Below are positions 1-11,581 of a stretch of 64,000 bases of DNA, piece by piece (position 1 is the stretch's first letter; the number at the start of each line of letters is the position of its first letter). Origin of the DNA: Eledone cirrhosa (Eukaryota); assembly GCA_964016885.1 (NCBI GenBank), contig OZ024742.1, positions 274,288,001-274,352,000 on the forward strand, given 5' to 3'. The translations under genes were made by a program, and so were the position numbers. Under the pieces are notes generated by a model. That model did no database searches. It worked only from the letters and a program-made list of their open reading frames with translations, and had not been told where the DNA came from.

Positions 1-225
1 AACGCACTGTATCACTAAATCACTATTTTGAGAATTTGGTTGGGTGTAAACTGTAATTTAAATCGAGTGCCGCGGCATACGGCGGACAGCGGATTTTTAG
101 ACACACCGGACTAATGAAACATTTATTAATACTTGGAATAAACCCTACTGTACAGCTAATCCATGTTATTCTTCACTCCTTTATATATATATAGTATTAT
201 TGGTATTATTAGTATTATTGGGGCA

Positions 226-352
226 CCCACTGACGAATTATAGGAGCCCACTTGAATATATATCTATTAATGGTATACAAGCTCCTACATAAATTGGTAT
301 AATTTCACCCAAATTGTAGGAATCCTATCATGAAACGAGACGTCCGTCTGGG
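226..352 (+). ncRNA. Type I hammerhead ribozyme with expanded (about 95 nt) stem II
   Basis: CCCA-CTGACGA (230-236), then ATAGGA...TCCTAT closing stem II, GAAA (332-335), stem III CG-agacgtc-CG, GTC cleavage triplet (C348) and TGGG. About 175 nt of tail follows, then (TA)n. Confidence 0.75.
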
Positions 353-523
353 AAGAGATATATTCGATATGTCTCATATGAAATAATATAGCCAATTTTC
401 CACGCAATACATTTAGTTAGCACCCCGAACGCCTAATTAGGAATATACTGACTTGTTTCCTAATGTTTGTTGAGTGAGTTGGAATTTGGCCGGAGTATCG
501 CTAAAAAGCTTTCTCCGATAATG

Positions 524-525
<2 letters not shown>

Positions 526-571
<46 letters not shown>
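526..571. repeat. (TA)n microsatellite
   Basis: Direct inspection. Confidence 0.95.
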
Positions 572-573
<2 letters not shown>

Positions 574-932
574 TAAACGGAAAAGAAAATGCTGACAAAT
601 TGTTCACAGTGAAAAATAGTTTAATTAGGAATAAGTGAGAATTAGTAATAGTATTGGTTAGTATTCAGTTTTGGGACGCTCTATCTCAAAATTATTTTTG
701 AAAAGCATGGTATGGTATGCCATCCGGAACCTGTTTATAGAATCCTGTCTGCCTTTGTTACTCTAAAAACAAAAATTAATAAAAATAAAAATAAAAATAA
801 ACTATAGCTTTGTAGAATTAGCTTTTAATGAATTCCCTTTTCTATCAACCAATGACCTACACCCATCCCACTCCCCACCCTCTCCTACCACTTGTAGAGA
901 CCTATAAATACCATATTTATTTTTTGATACCC

Positions 933-983
933 AGATTCCTGATGATTTCTAAAGAATGAAACAGTTCTAGTCCTGTAGAATCT
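933..983 (+). ncRNA. Canonical type I hammerhead ribozyme in a solo PLE pseudo-LTR-like segment (572-1068)
   Basis: AGATTC-CTGATGA-tTTCTaaAGAAt-GAAA-CAG..CTG-TA-GAATCT. All three stems pair and the site is GUA. The segment is bounded by (TA)n on both sides. Confidence 0.85.
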
Positions 984-1068
984 CATCTATATTAAAACTT
1001 TTATACTCTGCAATGTATTGAGTACCTTACTTACTGTGGTTACCTCCGATTCAACCCGGAATAACGTA

Positions 1069-1163
1069 ATATATATATATATATATATATTGATATATAT
1101 ATATATATATAATATATATATATATATAATATATATATATAATATATATATATATATAATAAT

Positions 1164-1223
<60 letters not shown>

Positions 1224-1365
1224 TAATATGTATATATATAATATATATAATATATATATATATATAATATATATATATATAATATATATATAATATATAT
1301 ATATATATTATATATATATATATATATAATATATATATAATATATATATATTATATATATATTAT
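1069..1365. repeat. Imperfect (TA)n microsatellite
   Basis: Direct inspection. The IY-repeat ORFs here are artefacts. Confidence 0.95.
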
Positions 1366-1538
1366 AGTATCGGTAGAGGGTCGGACGCCATGCTTTCCAG
1401 CAGAGTTACGTCCCTTTAGGATCTGAGTTCAAATCCCGCCGAGGTTAACTTTGCCTTTCATCCTTACGGGGTCGATAAAATAAAGTACCAGTAATGTACT
1501 GGGTATTTGCTGGCCTTGTGCCAAATGTAGAAACAATT
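1366..1538 (+). mobile_element. tRNA-derived SINE, slightly 5'-truncated
   Basis: B-box-like GAGTTCAAATCC. The body matches about 11 other copies or fragments in the window and ends GTAGAAACAATT. Confidence 0.85.
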
Positions 1539-1596
1539 ATATATATATTATATATATATTATATATATATATATATAATATATATATATATATTAT

Positions 1597-1670
<74 letters not shown>

Positions 1671-1681
1671 ATATATATATA

Positions 1682-1722
<41 letters not shown>

Positions 1723-1730
1723 TATAATAT

Positions 1731-1762
<32 letters not shown>

Positions 1763-1781
1763 ATATATATATATATATATA
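1539..1781. repeat. Imperfect (TA)n microsatellite
   Basis: Direct inspection. Confidence 0.95.
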
Positions 1782-1928
1782 CGTATTTAAGAAAGCCACA
1801 ACAATGCAAAGGGAAATCTCGAGGTAGGAAGTGAAATATAGATAGGAAAAACAGGTGAAAGTGAAAATTGAGAGAGACAAAGATGAAAACAAAACAAAGG
1901 TAGAAGGGTTACCGTAGTAGAGATTTAA

Positions 1929-1964
1929 TCCCAATATTTCGGGCTCACGCCCATCAACGGGGGA
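1929..1964 (-). ncRNA. Degenerate minimal hammerhead in the PLE 3' repeat
   Basis: Minus strand TCCC-CCGTTGA-t-GGGCgtgaGCCC-GAAA-TATT-GGGA. The core has two substitutions relative to CTGATGA. Confidence 0.5.
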
Positions 1965-2575
1965 AAAGTTCCAAAAGGGGGGAAACAGGCCAAGCGGAGA
2001 AAGTTGTGATGTCGTTAAGACAGGAATGCCGTTATGGGGAGAAAAATATTTAAAATTTAAACGAGGGAAAGAATGCGCGTGCGCGTGATAGGCTGTGGCA
2101 AAAGCTACTGACCAAATGGGTTAAATCAAGAGGGTGCGTTAGCGTGTGAAAGCCGTAAGATATGTGTATGTAAATATATATGTGTGTGTAACTGTGTGTG
2201 TATAAGTGTAAGCGTGTATATGTGTGAGTTTGTGTGTGTGAAAGATAGTGGGCTGTAGAAGTTGGAAATCAAAGGGTGTGAAAGGTGGTAGGTTGTAAAA
2301 TATGTGTGCGTGTATAAATATAGATGTGTGTGTGTAAGCGTATGGGTATACATGTGTGTGTAACTGTGTGTGTATATGTGTGAGTGCGTTTGTGTGTGAA
2401 AGATAGTGGGCTGTAGAAGCTGGAAATCAAAGGGTGTGAAAGGTGGTAGGTTGTAAAAACATGTGTGCGTGTATAAATATAGATGTGTGTGTGTATGCGT
2501 ATGGGTATGCATATACGTGCGTGTGTGTGAAGATAGCAGGCCGTAGGCTGTGAATGGTCATTATGGTTATGTTAG

Positions 2576-4609
2576 CTATGTCAGCTCATTTCTCTCAGCC
2601 CGGTTGTTAAGTGTGGGTCTGAGGTTCTTAATAACAAGTGCTTCCTTTATCCTTAAGGATCCGATGCTGCGTTCAGTCGCTAGGACTGTGACCAAGGGTC
2701 TACCCTGTGGGTTTCCGCATTTAAGGATATGTTTACGGAAGGAAGATGCGTTGGTGTTGATATGTTCCTTGATACGAACATGTAGGGGTCGGATGGTGCT
2801 ACCTATGTAAAACTTGTTACATTTATCGCATTGAATCTTATATACGAGATAGGTGCGTATCGGGCAGTTGCTGAGGGAACACGTCCCATCTGCCTCGTAG
2901 GGTTTGTTGGAGAGGCATCTTCGCAGCGAAGGTCCTGTGTGGGCCAAATGTATCGTCCGTATGGCCCTGCGGATGGCGTTCGTGGTATATTCACTCAGGT
3001 GGGGGATTTTAAAGAAGCACCTGCTAATATTAAGTTTTCTAGTGAGTGTCAGTCTACTGGGTCTGGGGTCTCTAATTCCGTTAATCAGTCGCTTGGGATA
3101 ACCATTAGATCTGAGTAGATTACGGAATTGCGTGGTATGGGTGAGACCACCCATCGGGTCGCTGCATCTGTTAGTGATCCGTGTCAGTTCATTTAGGACA
3201 TAGCCTCTCTTAGCGTTGTTGGGGAGGGCTGAGTTATAATGCACAAATAAGTCCTTGCACGCTGCTTTGCGGTAGAAGGTGGTGTTTATGTCTCCTTCTT
3301 CCGAGATGTTGATACGGAAGTCGAGGAGGGCGAGTGACCCGTCTTCTCCTGGGTGTTCGATGGTGAAATCGATGTGCTGGTCAGTATCGTTGAAGATTTG
3401 GTGAATTTCATTCGCCATCTCCCGGGAAGAAGTAAGTATCAGGATATCATCAACGTATCTGGAGTAGAAGGCGACGGCGTTGGGTTGGCAGGTATTGAGT
3501 GCCTTGCGTTCCAGGTGGTCCATGTACGAGATCGCAAGTATGCCGGACAGACTAGAGCCCATAGGTAGCCCAGAGATTTGTTTGTACGTGTGGCCGAGGA
3601 AATTGAAGAGTGCATTATCCACAACGAAGGAGAGGAGTTGGTGGATGTCCGTGTGTGTGAGTCCGAAGCAGTGTAAGTTAGATGCTCGGACTCGTTCGGT
3701 CAACAGGTCGACAGCTGGGGATGCTGGTACGGAGGTATAAAGGGCGACCACATCAAGACTGAAGGCATAACCGTTGTCCTTTCTGGTGTTGGGCGCCAGA
3801 TGGTGTAGTCGCTCCAAGACTTCCTTTGAGCTGCAGACGTGGGCTGGTAGTGTGTGTAGAATAGGTTTCAGTAGCGTGGAGAGCAGCCACGATATTTTGT
3901 AGAGTGGGCCCTCCACGCTAGAGACAATGGGCCTGATTTTCAAATCGGGTCCTTGTTTATGTGTTTTGACCAGGTGGTAGAAGGTGGGTAATTTGCTGTT
4001 TCGAGTCATTATGTTGTTTTTTACCTTCTTTGGCAGTTTTCGTTGGACACAGATGTTAGTCCATATGGTGTTAATGCCTTCCTCGATTAGAGTCGAGGAG
4101 GTCCCTGTGACTTTCGAGTAGAGGCTGTGGTCATTAAGATATTGGAGAGCTAAGTTGTTGTAGGTCTCTCTCGAGATGACACAGAATTCTTTCCCCTTGT
4201 CAGAGGGAAGGTACACAAGGTTCCTGGATCTTAGGTTGGTGAGAGTATTAAATTGTGCATTGGTGAGGTTGCGTTTATTGTGTGTGTGTGTGTGTTGGGA
4301 AAGGATGTTAGAGATAGAATGTTTCAACCTGAGTAGTTTAGTGTCAAGTTCGTGGTTGGTGGGTGGGGGGTGGAGTGGGTTGTCGAGGTGATACGTGCGG
4401 AGTGTGGGGTGGGTTGTGGGGTTGTAATCGATCTCGGTGTTGTTTTGGATGGCGGTTAGCCATTTCAGTTGATAAGCTGTCCGACAGAAGTTGGTTTCGA
4501 TGTCGAGTTTCAGTCTATCATCGAGACGCTGTGTAATGATGAACTTGGGTCCGAGGCGCAGAAGTTCGAGTTCGTCGTTGGTGAGGGTACCGGTTAAGTC
4601 GGTAACGAG
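2576..4609 (-). CDS. PLE reverse transcriptase plus GIY-YIG endonuclease (frame open upstream of the listed start, no ATG seen)
   Basis: Motifs SDKGK, IRPIVS, SLDVVALYTSVP, GLPMGS, YSRYVDD, LDFRI and LVYKIQCDKCNKFYIGST. The frame continues in phase to 4609 (LLRLGPKF). Confidence 0.9.
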   Translation of the reverse strand, partial: LVTDLTGTLTNDELELLRLGPKFIITQRLDDRLKLDIETNFCRTAYQLKWLTAIQNNTEIDYNPTTHPTLRTYHLDNPLHPPPTNHELDTKLLRLKHSISNILSQHTHTHNKRNLTNAQFNTLTNLRSRNLVYLPSDKGKEFCVISRETYNNLALQYLNDHSLYSKVTGTSSTLIEEGINTIWTNICVQRKLPKKVKNNIMTRNSKLPTFYHLVKTHKQGPDLKIRPIVSSVEGPLYKISWLLSTLLKPILHTLPAHVCSSKEVLERLHHLAPNTRKDNGYAFSLDVVALYTSVPASPAVDLLTERVRASNLHCFGLTHTDIHQLLSFVVDNALFNFLGHTYKQISGLPMGSSLSGILAISYMDHLERKALNTCQPNAVAFYSRYVDDILILTSSREMANEIHQIFNDTDQHIDFTIEHPGEDGSLALLDFRINISEEGDINTTFYRKAACKDLFVHYNSALPNNAKRGYVLNELTRITNRCSDPMGGLTHTTQFRNLLRSNGYPKRLINGIRDPRPSRLTLTRKLNISRCFFKIPHLSEYTTNAIRRAIRTIHLAHTGPSLRRCLSNKPYEADGTCSLSNCPIRTYLVYKIQCDKCNKFYIGSTIRPLHVRIKEHINTNASSFRKHILKCGNPQGRPLVTVLATERSIGSLRIKEALVIKNLRPTLNNRAERNELT

Positions 4610-6270
<1,661 letters not shown>

Positions 6271-6466
6271 TATATATATATATATATATATAATATAACT
6301 CTCCTACCTTCTCTTCGCCAAAACCCAGCACTCCAGCCACATCCATTTCCTCAGCCACTGCCTCCGCCTCCACCTTATCCCCCTTGGCTTCCGTCTACAT
6401 TTCCACCCCTCCCCCGCTGCCTCCCCCTCCGCGCAACGTATCCTCACCCGATCCTCACGCCTTCTG

Positions 6467-9023
6467 ATGCGCAACTCCATCCGCGCCTCCCGTTCCACCC
6501 TCCGCCTACTTGACCACCAACTGACCCCCACCCTCCTCCGCCTTTACTCCACCTGCCACCCCCTCCTCGCCCAAGCCATCCTCTCCTTCATCCACAACCT
6601 CAACCACAACCTCTTCTCGTTCCTCAGCTCCACCAAAGCCCGCAAGCTACACCCCCCCCCCATCCACCACCACCCGCCCATCCCCATACGCCCACCACTC
6701 CCCACCTCTCCACCGACCGCCACCCCCACCCAATCTCCACCCCTCACCACACCCTCCCTTCCCTCCCCTAACACCCAAACCCCACCCCTTGTTGTCACCA
6801 TACCCCCTGACCTCCCCTCTCCGCACCTGAGCGCTCACTCCTTAGTAGAGGCCTTCGCTTCATACCCCACACTCCGCTCAGCGACGAGTTCCGCACCCGA
6901 ACGAAAGTCGAGCGATTCGTGCGACGCACTAAGCTACAGGCACATTTCGGTCAAACGCCACCGGCTCCGGACGCCCCAGACCCGTTTCTCGCCCTGGGCC
7001 GACGACCATCTTCTTGGACGCCGGCCCCAGGGCAATTTAGCACCCTGGACGCCTTCGTCGATGCCAGCCGTAGCGCAGTAAATCGTTTCGACTTCCGCCA
7101 CCGTTCCAAACGGCACAACATCTCACGGGGCGAACTCCTCGCTCTCCGCTCCCTCCGTAGCCGAGATGACATCGTCATCAAACCGGCGGACAAGGGAGGC
7201 GCCGTGGTGGTATGGCGCGCGGACCTCTACAAGGCCAAAGCCCTCAGGCAGCTCTGTAACCCCCTCTTTTACCGCCCTCTACCCTCCGATCCCACCCCCC
7301 TCTACCAACAACAAGTCTCCTCCACCATCAAAGACCTTATCGCCTCCTCCCTCCTCCCCCCCCACCGCTTCCCACCTCATCGTCCGCACACCCCGCACCC
7401 CCACCATCTACTTCCTCCCCAAACTCCACAAACCCGACAACCCCGGCCGTCCCATCGTCTCCGCTTGCAACTGCCCCACCGAACTCATCTCCGCCTTTCT
7501 CGACTCCCTCCTCGCCCCCCTTGTCACCACCCTCCCCTCCCACATCTCTGACACCAACCACGCCCTGCGCCTTTTCGACTCCTTCACCTACCTACCCGGC
7601 CCTCAGCCATTCCTCTTCACCCTAGACATCAAGTCCCTCTATACCGTCATCCCCCACGCCGACGGCCTTCGCGCCCTCAAACACTACCTCGACCTTCGCC
7701 CCTCCCCCATTCCCTCCACCCCCACCCTCCTTCGCCTCGCCGAGCTGGTCCTCACCCTAAATTGTTTCTCCTTCTCGGGTGAGTTTTACCAACAGGTCAC
7801 GGGGGTAGCCATGGGCACAAGAATGGGCCCGAACTATGCCAACCTTTTTGTTGGCCATGTTGAGGCCCAAATCTTTGCCCAGTACACCGGCCCCACGCCC
7901 GAACTGTACGGTCGTTACATTGACGACTGTATCGGAGCCACGACCCTCACCCGAGTACAGCTCCACTCCTTTCTCTCCTTCTTCTGCTCCTTCCACCCCT
8001 CCCTCCACTTCACCACCTCTATCTCCACCACCCACGTCCACTTCTTGGACATCTCCGTCGCCTTCGACTCCTCCCACCACTCCCTCGTCACCTCTGCCTT
8101 CTTCAAACCCACCGACTCCCACTCTTACCTCGACTTCATCTCTTCCCACCCCACCCACATTAAACTCTCCATTCCCTACTCCCAACTTCTCAGGATCCGC
8201 CGCCTCTGTAGCCGAGATGCTGACTTCGAGTCCCAAGCCCTTTCCCTAGTCAGCCATTTCATCCGCAGAGGTTACCCCCCCTCTCTCGTCCACACCGCTC
8301 TCACCCGCGCCCGTGCTATCCCCCGCTCTACCACCCTCACCCCACGCCACCGCACACCCACCCACCGTCTCCCCTTCCCCATCACCTACCACCCCTCCAC
8401 CTTACCCCTCCACCGCACCATCCGCCGCCTCTTCCGACACCTCCAGTCCGACCCCTCCACCTCCCACATCTTCCCAACCCCACCACTCCCCTCCTTCATA
8501 CGCGCACGCAATCTCCGCACCCTCCTCGTCCACAGCTCCCTACCCCCCAACCCACGCTCCGTTTCCCCCCCCCGGTTCCTTCCCCTGTTCTAGGCCCCGC
8601 TGCAACACCTGTCCCCACATCACCAACACCACCACCTTCCAGGGTCCCAACGGCCACCCTCTCTCGGTCCGGCATGCCTTCCGCTGCACCTCCTCCAACC
8701 TAGTCTACGGACTTCGTTGCACGGGGTGCAGCGCGACTTATGTCGGACAGACGGGACGCCGCCTGGCGGACCGAGTCACGGAGCACCTCCGGGACATTCG
8801 TCTCGGGGGCAGTTCCCCCATCGCCCGCCACTTTGGTGGCCCTGGACACTCCGCACACCATCTCACAGTCTGTGGCCTACTCCAGTGCCACGGAACACCC
8901 GCCCATCGCCTCACGGTCGAACAACGTACTATCTTCATCTTACAGACCCCCCCCCGGCCTGAACTCCCCACCCTTATTCCTTTAGCGTTCGACCGCCCCC
9001 CTCCCCCACTTATCCCCCACTAA
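6467..9023 (+). pseudogene. PLE RT plus GIY-YIG ORF broken by frameshifts in or near poly-C runs
   Basis: Motifs IVIKPADKGGAVVVW, YFLPKLHK..GRPIVS, LDIKSLYT, GVAMGT, GRYIDD, FLDI, CSRPRCNTC and LVYGLRCTGCSATYVGQT. Frame changes fall near 6820, 7355 and 8570. Confidence 0.9.
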
Positions 9024-9461
9024 CACCACTAACACACCCCTCCTTTTCACCGCCCACCCCACACTAACAATACTAACACCTCCACTCCACCCCTCATCTA
9101 ACCACCCTTCCCCAACTAACATACTAACATCCCTTCCCTCCCCTCTTCTCCTCCTCCCCCCTCCTTATCACACGCACACACTTACACCACCCACCCCACA
9201 CGCAACTAACATCACTAACACCCTCCAACCCCACGCACACGTACCCACACACCCTCGTACACCACCAACTCTACACACCCTACCCCCACTAACCCCCACT
9301 CACACCTGCATTCCACCCCTCCCCACCACCCGTCTACTAACACCCACTAACACCTCCTCACCAAACTACACACACACCAGTACACCACACTCCCTCCATA
9401 GAACCACACACACCCTTCTCTCCCCACTCCACACTCACTCATCCCACTAACACCCCTACTA

Positions 9462-9518
<57 letters not shown>

Positions 9519-10351
9519 CCTCACTCCAACTCTCACACCTACCCATCCTCGCCTCCCTACCATTCCGCTGACTGCCGCTATGCCCTTCCGATCACTGTCT
9601 CAGCACCAACTGACCACAGCACTTCCACTGCTGACCACTTCCTGTTGCGCGCGCACCCCACATCTCTCCTCTTCCGACCACCGCTTCTTGGATTACCCAC
9701 ACGCGTTTTGACTTCCAACCAAAATCTCCATACATCCGTGTAACTTACCACTTTCAACCATCCTCTAACACCATCACCTATATAACTCACCCACACACAC
9801 ATCCCAAAACATATTTTTTTCATGCACACGCCACCCACACCCACAACACGCTTAAACCACACACACGTGCTTCCCACCACATATTTACACCCTCAGCCCC
9901 CTGATTCCTCTCCCCCCACCCCCTATCCACACACGCACAGACCCTCCGAAACACAAAAACACCCCCCACACACACCTTCCTGAACATGCAACCCCGTTCT
10001 TCCCCCAACCCTCACTTTCACATACACACACACACACACACACGCACACCTAACCACACACACCACCTTCAGCCCTCCCCGCTCGGACACCCCGTCTCCC
10101 TCTCCCCACTCCACCCGCCTCCACCTCTACTCACCCCACACCCTTCCACCACCTGTTTACCCCCCTTTTAATTTCAGTTTATTTTGATCATGCCTTTATT
10201 TTTAAATGTTCTCATTCCTTGTATTTTGATCATGCTTTATTTTTATTTATTATTTATTATATTTTTGTCTTTATTTGTTAATTTTTCATTCGCACCGTTT
10301 CCTTTCGCTATATGTCTCTCCACCACTCCCCTACACACCTTTTGAACTCTT

Positions 10352-10383
10352 ACCTGAAGAAGGGCTTATGCCCGAAACGTCGT
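10352..10383 (+). ncRNA. Minimal hammerhead (PLE type)
   Basis: AC-CTGAAGA-a-GGGCttatGCCC-GAAA-CG-TC-GT, with palindromic ACGT stem III. Confidence 0.75.
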
Positions 10384-10470
10384 CCTCCACCTACCCCCCA
10401 CTCTCCTGAGCGTGAATCTAATAAACATTTGTCGTACTGCCTCTCTGTTCTGTCTCTGTTCAATATTTTA

Positions 10471-11027
<557 letters not shown>

Positions 11028-11029
11028 TC

Positions 11030-11581
11030 CACAAAGGTCGTCAAATCCTACCCAAACCATCATCTACACCTCTCACAACACCCACACCCACATACCCACC
11101 CACTCGAAACCCCATCATTTGCCGCTACTCTCTACGCTATAGAATATGTACGGATAGTGGCTGCAAATTCACCCATTTACCTAGGACAAAACGATCTATC
11201 CCCACAAACAGCCACCACCATAATACATACTCTAATTTAACACCAACACAACCACCAATAACTCAAACAAGGAATCCACAAATCTGCCGTTTTTCCCTGC
11301 GAGACAGATTGTGTTTAGACCGTGATTGTCCCTTTACCCATCTCCCGGGGACCCGTCGGATAAATGAAAATAAAATTAAAAATAAAAGCAAAAACAAAAA
11401 CCATAACCTACATAAAAATAACCACTACCACAGTCACCAACAGTCTTCTAAACAGGAAACTTCTTCCTCTTTTTTAGCCATAATGAATCTGGCAAAAGAA
11501 CTGGAAAAAAACATTCGAGCTATCACCCAGCACCACCCTCCACTATCACCCCACTGCACAAACTCCCATTGCTGCCATTAA
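11030..11581 (+). CDS. LINE ORF1 C-terminal part with two CCCH (CX8CX4CX3H) zinc fingers
   Basis: CRYSLRYRICTDSGCKFTH and CRFSLRDRLCLDRDCPFTH lie in the same frame as the listed ORF 11309-11581. Confidence 0.7.
   Translation, partial: HKGRQILPKPSSTPLTTPTPTYPPTRNPIICRYSLRYRICTDSGCKFTHLPRTKRSIPTNSHHHNTYSNLTPTQPPITQTRNPQICRFSLRDRLCLDRDCPFTHLPGTRRINENKIKNKSKNKNHNLHKNNHYHSHQQSSKQETSSSFLAIMNLAKELEKNIRAITQHHPPLSPHCTNSHCCH

Larger units (their letters stand above)
1782..4612 (-). mobile_element. Penelope-like element, 5'-truncated, inserted in (TA)n
   Basis: RT plus GIY-YIG ORF, a CA-rich 3' region with an internal duplication of about 148 bp, an HHR-like remnant at 1929-1964, and (TA)n on both sides. 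Confidence 0.9.
6296..10470 (+). mobile_element. Penelope-like element (Neptune-like), extremely C-rich
   Basis: RT and GIY-YIG in overlapping frames 6467-9023, a CA-rich 3' region, an HHR at 10352-10383, and (TA)n at both ends. Confidence 0.9.

Noticed and set aside
1366-1450. tRNA gene
   Set aside because: Only A/B-box-like motifs of a SINE head are present, with no complete cloverleaf.
1018-1934. IY-repeat ORFs (also near 5387, 17904 and 25570-26018)
   Set aside because: They are translations of (TA)n microsatellites.
6304-8236. Gly/Val-rich antisense ORFs
   Set aside because: They are shadows of the C-rich PLE coding strand.
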